Positions 1 to 8,358 of a stretch of 64,000 nt of DNA are shown here, piece after piece. The position numbers and the translations under genes are program-made. Where the stretch lies: contig JBKJLC010000178.1 of the NCBI GenBank assembly GCA_046597055.1, forward strand, positions 8,303-72,302, given 5' to 3'. The stretch comes from Kofleriaceae bacterium. Its GTDB lineage: Bacteria; Myxococcota_A; Polyangia; Haliangiales; Haliangiaceae. Within the stretch, counting starts at the first letter, position 1. Each line of letters begins with the position of its first letter. The notes under the pieces are model-generated. The model searched no databases. It saw only the letters and a list, made by a program, of their open reading frames with translations, and had not been told where the DNA came from.

Positions 1-36
1 CCGAGCTCGTGCTCGAGTCCAAAGCGGCCAGCTGAG
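1..36 (+). CDS. 3' end of an upstream gene (…ELVLESKAAS*), product not identifiable
   Basis: Frame with GC3-rich codons ending in TGA at 34-36, convergent on the HEAT-repeat gene; too short to assign. Confidence 0.35.
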
Positions 37-65
37 ACGCGGCGCTGGTCGCAGCTGCGCCGCGG

Positions 66-2426
66 TCAACCGCCGCCGTAGTGGTGGCCGCCGTAGTGAC
101 CGACGAAGCCGCCGTAGCCGCCCCCGCCGTAGGCGGCGGCGCCGAGCAGCTCGTCGAGCCGCTGGCGGGTGGCGTCGTCGACGTCGACGCCGCGCTGGCG
201 GAGCTGCGAGGCCGCCGCCATCCGCACCTGGTCGGTCGCGCCGGTGCTGGCGAACACCCGCACCAGCGCGCGGTCGACGTCCTCGCCGCCGTTGTACGCC
301 GCGTAGATCGCGGCCGCCGCCACCTGCTCGTCGCCGTCCTCGATCAGGCGCGACAGCGTCTGGCTCGCGCGCGGGTCGTCGAGCTGGCCGAGGGTCGACA
401 CCGCGACCAGCCGCTCGTTGGGGTCGGTGGCCTGGCTGGCCGTCACCAGCGCGTCGACCGCGCGGGGCGAGCCGACCTGGGCGAGCGCGGCGAGCGCCTG
501 CCCCTTCACGCCGGCGTCGCTGTCGCGGGTGAGCTGGATCAGCGCGTCGGTCGAGGCGTCGTCGCCGGCCTGGGCCAGCGCGCTCGCCGCCGCCGAGCGG
601 ACCTGAGCGTCCTGCGACCGCACCGCGTGCCGGAGCAGCCGCTGCGAGTCGGCCGAGCCCAGGCTCGACAGCGCCCACGCGGCGGTCCGCGCCAGCTCGG
701 GATCGCTGCCGTTCAGCGCCGCCTCGGCGATCGCCAGGCCCTCGGCCGAGCCGGCGTTGACGAGCTGCTGGAGCGCCTGCGTGCGCAGCGCGGGCTTGCC
801 GGTGCGGGCCACGTCGGCCAGGGCGCCGCGGACGTCGTCGGGGCTCCCGCTCTGTCCGAGCGCGCCGATCGCGGCCTGGGCCAGGGCCGCGTCGTCGCTC
901 TTCAGCGCGGCCAGCAGCGCCGACCGCGCGTCCTCGGTGCCGAGCCGGCCGAGGATCCACGCCGCGCCCTGGGCCTCGTCGGACTTGCCCGCGAACAGCG
1001 CGTCCGCGAGCATCGCGGTCACCGCCGGATCGTCGGGCTGGGCGTTGGCCAGCATGTCGAGCGCGAAGGTCCGGGTCTGGCCGTGCCCGCGCTCGGCGAT
1101 GTGCAGCAAGGCCGCGCGGGCCTCGGGCGCGCCGGTGTCGGCGAGCATGCGCATGGCCTCGAGCTTGTCCTGGCGCGGGCCGTGCTCGGCCAGGTCGATC
1201 GCGATCCCGATCGCGTCGGGGTTGCCGGCCTTGACCAGGCCGGGCAGCACGACCCGGCGGTCGGCCGCCTTGCCGGTGCGCGCGATCGCGAGCAGCGCCA
1301 GCTCGACGTCGGGGCTGCGCAGCTGCTGGAGCGCGTAGATCACCGACGAGCTGGTCGCGTCGCCGGCGAGCGCCGCCTCGATCAGGAGCTCGCGGGCGTC
1401 GTCGCCGCCGAGGTTGACCAGGGTCTGCGCGACGTTCGAGACCAGGTTGCGATCGCCCGAGCCCAGCAGCTGGCCGAGCGCCTTGATCGCCTCGGCGCCA
1501 CCGATCTCGCCCATCGCCGAGATCGCGTTCCACTTGGCGAACTGCGGGCCGCGCTGGGCGAGGTCGATCAGCAGCGGCAGCACCGCGGGATCACCGGAGC
1601 GACCGAGCGCGGTCAGCGCCGCCGTGATCGTGTTGGCGTCGCCGGTCTTCACCAGCTTCGCGAGCATCGCGATCGTCTCGGGATCGCTCGGCTGCAGGTT
1701 GGCGAGCGCGACCGCGCGGATGCGAACGTCGGGCGCCATCGCCAGCTCGGCGAGCAGCTCCTGCGCACGCGGCGACGGGATCTGGGCCAGGGCGTAGACC
1801 GCGGTCGAGGCGCCCTCGAAGTCACCGCTGCTGGCGATCCGCGCCAGCACCGCGGCCGCCTCGTCGCCGCCCATCTGGCCGAGCGCCTGGAGCGCCATCG
1901 CCCGGGCCGGGTCGCCCCGGTCCTCGGCGATCGCGACCAGCGCGGCCCGCGCCCGCGGATCGGCGGCCGAGCCCATCGCGGTCACCGCCGCGTTGCGCAC
2001 CCGCGGCCGCGGGTCGTCGACGAGGTCGAGCAGGAGATCGATCGCACGCGTGGTGGCGATCCGGCCGATCGCGCCGATCACGGCCTCGGGGACGCCCGGG
2101 CGCGGGTCGTCGGCCAGCGGCGCCATGGCCGCGACCGCGTCGTCGGTGCCGACCGTGCCCAGCTTGTCGGCGATGATCGTGACCTGCTGTGGGCTCCGCG
2201 CCGCCAGCAGCTGGTCGATCAGCTTGGCCTCGGACAGGCCCAGCGAGGCGGCCGAGACCCGGACCGGGCGGCGCAGCTGCGAGGCGTCGCCCTTCTTGCC
2301 GGCCCGCCCCCCCTGCTGGACCGGCCCACCCGGGTCGGCGGGCCCCGACCACGCCGCGTAGCCGGCGACGACGGTGGTGAGGGCGAAGAAGACGGTGGCG
2401 AGACGGTAGCGGCCAAGGGTGGTCAA
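66..2426 (-). CDS. HEAT-repeat (PBS lyase-like) protein with N-terminal membrane anchor/signal
   Basis: Many ~31-aa 'D..VR.AA..ALG.G...A...L..L' repeats; hydrophobic N-terminus; TTG start preceded by CAGGAG; Gly/Tyr/His-rich tail. Confidence 0.85.
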   Translation of the reverse strand: MTTLGRYRLATVFFALTTVVAGYAAWSGPADPGGPVQQGGRAGKKGDASQLRRPVRVSAASLGLSEAKLIDQLLAARSPQQVTIIADKLGTVGTDDAVAAMAPLADDPRPGVPEAVIGAIGRIATTRAIDLLLDLVDDPRPRVRNAAVTAMGSAADPRARAALVAIAEDRGDPARAMALQALGQMGGDEAAAVLARIASSGDFEGASTAVYALAQIPSPRAQELLAELAMAPDVRIRAVALANLQPSDPETIAMLAKLVKTGDANTITAALTALGRSGDPAVLPLLIDLAQRGPQFAKWNAISAMGEIGGAEAIKALGQLLGSGDRNLVSNVAQTLVNLGGDDARELLIEAALAGDATSSSVIYALQQLRSPDVELALLAIARTGKAADRRVVLPGLVKAGNPDAIGIAIDLAEHGPRQDKLEAMRMLADTGAPEARAALLHIAERGHGQTRTFALDMLANAQPDDPAVTAMLADALFAGKSDEAQGAAWILGRLGTEDARSALLAALKSDDAALAQAAIGALGQSGSPDDVRGALADVARTGKPALRTQALQQLVNAGSAEGLAIAEAALNGSDPELARTAAWALSSLGSADSQRLLRHAVRSQDAQVRSAAASALAQAGDDASTDALIQLTRDSDAGVKGQALAALAQVGSPRAVDALVTASQATDPNERLVAVSTLGQLDDPRASQTLSRLIEDGDEQVAAAAIYAAYNGGEDVDRALVRVFASTGATDQVRMAAASQLRQRGVDVDDATRQRLDELLGAAAYGGGGYGGFVGHYGGHHYGGG

Positions 2427-2551
2427 GAAGGCTCCTGGAAGGTCCCGGTGCTAGGACGGCTGCCCTGGTGGAACGATCTCAGCGCCTGGTTCATTTCTAC
2501 CGCCGCGTCAAGAGGATGTAAGGCGCTCCCCCTCATCCCGAACGCCGTGCA

Positions 2552-2581
2552 TTGACGCGCGCTTGAACCGGTCCATAAGCT
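2552..2581 (+). promoter_or_regulatory. sigma70-type promoter of dksA-like gene (TTGACG-18-TAAGCT), probably leaderless
   Basis: -35 at 2552-2557, -10 at 2576-2581, ATG 7 nt later, no SD. Confidence 0.6.
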
Positions 2582-2588
2582 TTCCCTC

Positions 2589-2963
2589 ATGCTCACGCCT
2601 GAACAGACCGCAGAGCTACGCCAGCGTCTCGAGGCGGAGCTGGCCCGCCTGGCCGCGAATGCCCAGGCCGCCATCGGCTTCACGATGGACCGTGACCGCG
2701 ATCGCATCGGCCGCGACTCCATGGACGAGTCGACCGAGGAAGAGCTCTATTCGACCCAGCTCCGGCTCCACGACCGCGAGACCTTCTTCATCGGCAAGAT
2801 CCAGGACGCCATCAAGCGGATCGACGGCGGCGAGATCGACGAGTGCGAGGAGTGCGCGGAGCCGATCGGCTTCAAGCGGCTCATGGCCCGGCCGGTGACA
2901 ACCCTGTGCTTCGAGTGCAAGAGCGCCAAGGAGCAGGTCGAAGCCGACGACAACGGCGAGTGA
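2589..2963 (+). CDS. dksA: DksA/TraR C4 zinc-finger RNA polymerase-binding factor
   Basis: Coiled coil with DSMDES (DxxDxA-like tip) and CEEC…RL.ARP.TTLCFEC zinc finger; 124 aa. Confidence 0.85.
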   Translation: MLTPEQTAELRQRLEAELARLAANAQAAIGFTMDRDRDRIGRDSMDESTEEELYSTQLRLHDRETFFIGKIQDAIKRIDGGEIDECEECAEPIGFKRLMARPVTTLCFECKSAKEQVEADDNGE

Positions 2964-3036
2964 CCGGCGCGGCGCTGGTGCCCCGGGTTTGCTAACCACC
3001 GGAAAGGTCTGGTAGCGTTCCCTCACGGGTCCACGA

Positions 3037-4383
3037 ATGCGCGACCGCTACACGATCACGGAGCGACTGGACCAGGGCGGAATGGCCGAGGTCTTCCGCG
3101 GCGTTGCGGAGTCGATCGAGGGGTTCAAGAAGTCGGTTGCGATCAAACGCATCCTTCCGAACCTGACGAAGAACCAGAAGTTCGTCTCGATGTTTCTCGA
3201 CGAGGCGCGGCTGTCGCTGTTCCTGCAGCACGCCAACATCGTCCAGGTCTTCGACATCTCGAAGACCCCCGACAACGCGTACTTCCTGGTGATGGAGTAC
3301 GTCGATGGGTGCAACCTCAAGGCGCTCATCGAACGACAGAAGCAGCGCGGCAAGCGGATCGAGATCGCGCCCACGATCTACCTGATGATCGAGTGCTGCA
3401 AGGCGCTGAACTACGCCCACAACCTCGAGCATCCCGAGACCAACGAGCCGCTCGGCATCGTGCACCGGGACATCTCGCCGCCGAACATCCTGCTGTCGAA
3501 GAACGGCGAGGTGAAGCTGGTCGACTTCGGGCTGGCCAAGGCCAACAGCCAGATCGAATCGACCGATCCCGGCGTGGTGAAAGGCAAGTTCAGCTACCTG
3601 TCGCCCGAGGCCGCCAGCGGCCTGCCGGTCGACCACCGCGCCGACGTGTTCGCGGTCGGCATCATCCTCTGGGAGATGTTCACCAGCCGCCGGCTGTTCT
3701 ACGGCGATACCGACTACCAGACGGTCGAGCAGGTGCGGCAGGCCCGGGTGCCCTCGCTGCAGGCGCTCAACCCCGAGATCGAGCCCGAGCTCGAGCAGAT
3801 CGTCCGCAAGTCGCTGTCGCGCGCGCCCGACGACCGCTACGCCAGCGCCGCCGATCTCGGCGACGCGCTCGCCCAGTACCTGTTCTCGCGGCGGATGAAG
3901 GTCACGGCGCGCGACATCACCAATCTCGTGCGCGACACGCAGATCGAGATGATGCGCAAGCGGTCCTCCGAGCCCAAGGAGTCGATCGGCGCGCTCATCA
4001 ATGACGAGGTCCAGCGCCTGAGCTCGCTGGTCGGCGCCGAGGAGGTCGACCCCAATCCGCGCGGCGGCGGCGCGGCCAGCCTCGACCCGCTGCACTTCGT
4101 GGACACCGCCGCCTGGGCCGGCGACATGGACACCACCGGCAACCTGCCCCGCCCGGCGGCGCGACCGGCCGGCGCGCCGGTGCAGCCCACCGCCTCGCCC
4201 GGGACCCCGCCGAACCGGCCGCCCGGGTCCAGCTCGACCGACGTCGAGTCGCTGCAGGCGATGCTCGAGCCCGATCGCACCGGCCTGCACCAGCGCGGGG
4301 GCAGCAACATGCTGATCGCGATCCTGGTGGTGCTGCTGCTGGTCGCGGGCGCGGGTGCGTACGTCGTGACGCAGGTGCTGTAG
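3037..4383 (+). CDS. Hanks-type Ser/Thr protein kinase with C-terminal TM anchor
   Basis: GGMAEVF, VAIKR, HRDISPPN, DFG, GKFSYLSPE motifs; C-terminal hydrophobic helix. Confidence 0.95.
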   Translation: MRDRYTITERLDQGGMAEVFRGVAESIEGFKKSVAIKRILPNLTKNQKFVSMFLDEARLSLFLQHANIVQVFDISKTPDNAYFLVMEYVDGCNLKALIERQKQRGKRIEIAPTIYLMIECCKALNYAHNLEHPETNEPLGIVHRDISPPNILLSKNGEVKLVDFGLAKANSQIESTDPGVVKGKFSYLSPEAASGLPVDHRADVFAVGIILWEMFTSRRLFYGDTDYQTVEQVRQARVPSLQALNPEIEPELEQIVRKSLSRAPDDRYASAADLGDALAQYLFSRRMKVTARDITNLVRDTQIEMMRKRSSEPKESIGALINDEVQRLSSLVGAEEVDPNPRGGGAASLDPLHFVDTAAWAGDMDTTGNLPRPAARPAGAPVQPTASPGTPPNRPPGSSSTDVESLQAMLEPDRTGLHQRGGSNMLIAILVVLLLVAGAGAYVVTQVL

Positions 4384-4458
4384 CCCCGTCGAGACCGCGC
4401 CGCCGATCCCAGACCCCGCGGTGACGCGATCTCGCGCGGGGTGCATTAGCATTTGGGC

Positions 4459-6966
4459 ATGCGGCTCGGAGCTGGCGTCGTCCTCGTCCTCGTGCTGGGA
4501 GCCTGCGGCGATAACGTCGTGCGCGCCCCGGCGACCCTGACCGTCGGCGGTCTCGAGGTCCGCCTCGACGAGGTGCCCGCGCGCATCGAGGTGCGCCGGG
4601 GCGACGAGGTGCTGTGGGCGACCGCGCCCGGGCTCGCCCGCGACGGCGACGAGCCCGCGGTGTTCGCGGCGACCCGCCGCACCGACGCCGCCGTCAGCAT
4701 GCAGTTCGGCTCGTTCCGGTTCGAGCCCGACGACGACACGCCGTGGCGAGGCGTGGCGACCCTGGCCGTGACCGCGCAGACCGCAGCGACGATCACGTTC
4801 GAGCTGCGCGACCGGGTCGGCGACCCGATGGGCACCGGCGAGGTGACCCTGACCGCGGCCGACGGCGCCGGCGAGGTCGTGCTGGGGCTCGATCTGTCGG
4901 CGGTCGGCGGCAACCGCGCCTCGATCGCATTCGCCTGCGAGGACCGCGATCACTTCCTGGGCCTGGGCGGCCAGTCGTTCGCGGTCGACCACCGCGGCCA
5001 GTCGGTCGCGCTGTGGGTGCAGGAGGACGGCATCAGCAAGCTCGACGTGCCCGACGACAACTACGACGGCGTGTGGGCGCTGACCGGGCGCCGCCACTCG
5101 ACGCACACGCCGATGCCGATGATGCTGTCGTCACGGGGCTGGGCGCTCGCGCTCGACACCAACCGGCGGGCGCGCTTCGACCTGTGCGCGACCGACCCCG
5201 CGCTGGCCCGGCTCGAGGCCTGGGACGACCAGCTCACCGTGCGGCTGTTCGTGGGCAACTCGCCGCGCGACTCGATCGCGCGGATGACCGCGTGGATCGG
5301 CCGGCCGGCGGTGCCACCGGCGTTCGCGTTCGCGCCGTGGCTCGACGCGATCTACGGCCAGGCCAACGTGCGCCGGGTCGCCGACGCGCTGCGGGCTGCC
5401 GACGTGCCGGTCAGCGTGATCTGGAGCGAGGACTGGCGCGGCGGCAACGACGAGACCGGCCCGGCCGGTGGCTACGTGCTCGAGGAGGACTGGCGGGTCG
5501 ACCGTACGATTTACCCAGACTTCGAGGGGCTCGCCGGCCACCTCCACGACAGCGGCTACAAGTTCCTGACCTACGCCAACACCTTCATCGACACCGACGC
5601 CGACGTGCGATCCGAGGCGATCGCGCTCGGCCACACGATCAAGCGCCCGGACGGCAGCGTCCACGACTTCCTCGGCGTGAAGTTCCGCGACTCGACCCTG
5701 CTCGATCTGTCGAGCCCGGCCGCGGTCGCGTGGGCCAAGGGCGTGTACGGCGAGACCTTCGCGATCGGCTCGGACGGCTGGATGGCCGACTTCGGCGAGT
5801 GGTTGCCGACCGACGCCGTGCTGGCCTCCGGCGAGTCCGGGCTCGACTACCACAACCAGTACGCGACCGACTGGCTCCGCCTGAACCACGAGCTGTTCAC
5901 CGAGGCCCAGGCCCGCGACGGCATCGAGCGCCTCTACTTCGCCCGCGCCGGCGGCCTCGGCGCCCAGCCGTACATGCAGGTGGTGTGGGCGGGCGATCAA
6001 CAGACCGACTTCACCGTCGGCGACGGCCTGCCGTCGGTGATCCCGATGGGGATCGGCCTGGGGCTCACCGGCTTTCCGTACTTCGGCCACGACATCGCGG
6101 GCTACATGAGCCAGACCACCGTGCCGGTCAGCCGCGAGCTGTGGTTCCGCTGGGTGACGTTCGGTGCCCTGTCGCCGGTGATGCGGACCCATCACGGCCG
6201 CAGCGCGCGCGAGAACTGGCACTGGGAGCGCGACGCCGAGACCACCGCGCACCTGCGCCGCTGGGCCAAGCTGCACATGCAGCTCGTGCCCTATCTACGG
6301 ATGCTCGCCGTCGACGCCCACGCCACCGGGGCGCCGCTGTTCCGCCCGTTCGTGATCGATCACCCCACCTGGACACCCGGCTGGTCCCTCGCCGACCAGT
6401 ACATGCTCGGCGATCGCATCGCGGTCGCGCCGGTGGTGGTGGCGGGCGCGACGTCGCGCGAGGTCCGGCTGCCGGCCGGCCGGTGGTACGGCCTGCTCGA
6501 CGGGGCCGCGCTCGACAGCGACGGGGACCGGCCGCTGTCGGTGAGCGCGACCGTGTCCGAGATCCCCGCGTTCGTGCCGGACTGCAGCGTGCTCGCGATG
6601 TACCCCGAGCGGGTCGATACCGTCGTCGCGACCGCGGGGGTAGCCGGGGCCGGCGTGGTGACGGCCGCGGCGGTCGGCGATGACCGCGAGCTGTGGCTGT
6701 ACCCGTGCCAGGCGCCCGGCGCGGGCGGCGTGCGGACGATGACCGAGGCCGGCGGGCTCACCTACGTGCGGTCGGGCGGGTTCGGGCCGGGCGCGGCGGC
6801 GTGGAACGGCGCGCCGGTGACGTTCGCGGCCGAGGGCAGCGGCGGACGCTGGCTGAGCGCGGAGGTCGTGGGGCCCGGGCGGCTGACGGTCGATGGCGTC
6901 GAGGTCGTGCGCGCGGACGGCGGCGCCGCCGGTCGACGGATCCGGCTGCGGAGCGTCGGGCCGTAG
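4459..6966 (+). CDS. Glycoside hydrolase family 31 lipoprotein (alpha-glucosidase-like)
   Basis: Lipobox LGAC; WMADFGE nucleophile motif; WAGDQ acid/base; GHDIAGY; PVMRTH; QYMLGD. Confidence 0.9.
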   Translation: MRLGAGVVLVLVLGACGDNVVRAPATLTVGGLEVRLDEVPARIEVRRGDEVLWATAPGLARDGDEPAVFAATRRTDAAVSMQFGSFRFEPDDDTPWRGVATLAVTAQTAATITFELRDRVGDPMGTGEVTLTAADGAGEVVLGLDLSAVGGNRASIAFACEDRDHFLGLGGQSFAVDHRGQSVALWVQEDGISKLDVPDDNYDGVWALTGRRHSTHTPMPMMLSSRGWALALDTNRRARFDLCATDPALARLEAWDDQLTVRLFVGNSPRDSIARMTAWIGRPAVPPAFAFAPWLDAIYGQANVRRVADALRAADVPVSVIWSEDWRGGNDETGPAGGYVLEEDWRVDRTIYPDFEGLAGHLHDSGYKFLTYANTFIDTDADVRSEAIALGHTIKRPDGSVHDFLGVKFRDSTLLDLSSPAAVAWAKGVYGETFAIGSDGWMADFGEWLPTDAVLASGESGLDYHNQYATDWLRLNHELFTEAQARDGIERLYFARAGGLGAQPYMQVVWAGDQQTDFTVGDGLPSVIPMGIGLGLTGFPYFGHDIAGYMSQTTVPVSRELWFRWVTFGALSPVMRTHHGRSARENWHWERDAETTAHLRRWAKLHMQLVPYLRMLAVDAHATGAPLFRPFVIDHPTWTPGWSLADQYMLGDRIAVAPVVVAGATSREVRLPAGRWYGLLDGAALDSDGDRPLSVSATVSEIPAFVPDCSVLAMYPERVDTVVATAGVAGAGVVTAAAVGDDRELWLYPCQAPGAGGVRTMTEAGGLTYVRSGGFGPGAAAWNGAPVTFAAEGSGGRWLSAEVVGPGRLTVDGVEVVRADGGAAGRRIRLRSVGP

Positions 6967-6995
6967 CGAGGCGAGGCCGCATCCGCGGCGGCACG

Positions 6996-7143
6996 GGCAT
7001 CGGCATCGGCAGCGGCACCAGCGGCACCAGCATCAGCGCCGGCACCCGCATCAGCACCGGCACCCGCGTCAGCACCGGCACCGGCACCGGCACTCGCATC
7101 AGCACCAGCACCCGCATCAGCATCAGCATCAGCAGCGGCACCG
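6996..7143. repeat. Degenerate hexamer microsatellite (RGCAYC)n, intergenic
   Basis: Run of ggcatc/ggcacc/agcatc/agcacc units between convergent genes. Confidence 0.85.
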
Positions 7144-7151
7144 CTCCCCCG

Positions 7152-7334
7152 CCCGGTGTCCCTGAGCGAAGCGCGCAGCGCGGAGTCGAAGGGCAGACGG
7201 CAGCCTGCCAGGTGCAGCACCCCATCTTCGACGCGCTGCCCTCAGGATTGATCACAGGTCTCCATGTGATCGGAAGCGCTCATCCTTTCCCGGTGTCCCT
7301 GAGCCGGCGCCGAAGGCGCCGCGTCGAAGGGCAG
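7152..7334 (+). repeat. Two copies of a REP-like element (CCCGGTGTCCCTGAGC-hairpin-GTCGAAGGGCAG) with linker
   Basis: Copies at 7152-7196 and 7289-7334; identical flanks, different self-complementary centres; further copies at 49739-49980. Confidence 0.85.
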
Positions 7335-7357
7335 AGCGCGGGCCCGCTGCGCGACCG

Positions 7358-8284
7358 CTACGACGTCGCAAACAACGCGATCAGCAACCCGATCGCCGCC
7401 ACCGCGACCGCCGCCGCCGCCAGCGCCGGCCACCGCGACGCTCTCGCCTCCTCCTCCCGCTCCTCGGCCGCGACCGGCATCCGCCCCGTCGCCCCCGCGC
7501 CGGCGCGCTTCCCGGCCCGCGTCACCGTCTCCAGCAGCTGCGCCCCGCCCGCGCTCAACCGCCCTTCCAGCTCCACCAGCATCGCCGCCGCCGGATCCCG
7601 GTACCGCACCACGGTCGCCCCCAGCGTGATCCGCGCGCCATCCGCCAGCAACAGCCCCGGCGCCTCCCGCGGCGCGGGTCGTCCGTCCACCTGCGTGCCG
7701 TTCTTCGAGTCCAGATCGGTCACCCACACCCCGTCGAAGCGCCGCTCGATGACCGCATGGTTGCGCGAGAGATCCGGATCCAGCAGCACCCACGTCGACG
7801 TGTCGCCGCGCCCGATCACCACCCGCGCTTCCGGCGGCGGCAAGGCCAGCCGCTGGCCGGCGACCGGGCCCTCCTCGACCGTGAGCTCGGGTGCCAGCTC
7901 GGGGTGCTCGGACGACTCGCCGCCGAGCAGGTCGCGCACGAGCTCACGCGCCAGCGACTCCGTGCGATCGCGCCCGGTGCCGGCCTCACCGTCCCAGGGC
8001 ACCGCGACCATGCGAGCCGGGCCGATGTCGACCGGTCGGCCCGCGCAGGCCCGCAGCTCGTCGACCACCAGCTCGACCCCGTCGAGAAAGGCCCCGGGCG
8101 CCAGCGCGATCGCGACCACGCCCTCGCCATCGCGCAGGAAGCGCAGGTGGACCGGCGCCAGCGCCGGGTCGGCGACGCGGACGTCGGCCGCGCGGCCACT
8201 GCCGACCAGCGCGCTGCCGCCGAGCTCGATCGGACGCGGCGTGCCGCCATGGATCGCCAGCGAAACCTTCAGGTGAGCCCTCAT
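7358..8284 (-). CDS. FHA-domain protein (one degenerate and one canonical FHA) with C-terminal TM
   Basis: VIGRG…DPDLSRNHA…[11 protein letters not shown] signature; N-terminal VGSG…LAPVH degenerate copy; C-terminal hydrophobic helix. Confidence 0.85.
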   Translation of the reverse strand: MRAHLKVSLAIHGGTPRPIELGGSALVGSGRAADVRVADPALAPVHLRFLRDGEGVVAIALAPGAFLDGVELVVDELRACAGRPVDIGPARMVAVPWDGEAGTGRDRTESLARELVRDLLGGESSEHPELAPELTVEEGPVAGQRLALPPPEARVVIGRGDTSTWVLLDPDLSRNHAVIERRFDGVWVTDLDSKNGTQVDGRPAPREAPGLLLADGARITLGATVVRYRDPAAAMLVELEGRLSAGGAQLLETVTRAGKRAGAGATGRMPVAAEEREEEARASRWPALAAAAVAVAAIGLLIALFATS

Positions 8285-8358
8285 CGGCCCGACCTATCGT
8301 GCCTGGCATCACGCGGTTGCGTCTTGGCGTGGTCGTGCAATTGCGCCACGATGGGAGG

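Noticed and set aside
81..2555. Long antisense or alternative-frame ORFs throughout (e.g. 81-2555 +, 26161-31689 -, 49009-53682 -, 55976-60181 +)
   Set aside because: Shadow frames of real genes in very GC-rich DNA; Arg/Pro/Gly/His-biased with no motifs.
6893..7165. His-rich (HQ/HR)n peptide ORF
   Set aside because: It is only the translation of the hexamer microsatellite and overlaps the GH31 3' end out of frame.
6996..7334. Repeats as a possible CRISPR array
   Set aside because: Hexamer low-complexity tract plus two REP-like copies; no regular repeat-spacer period and no cas genes.
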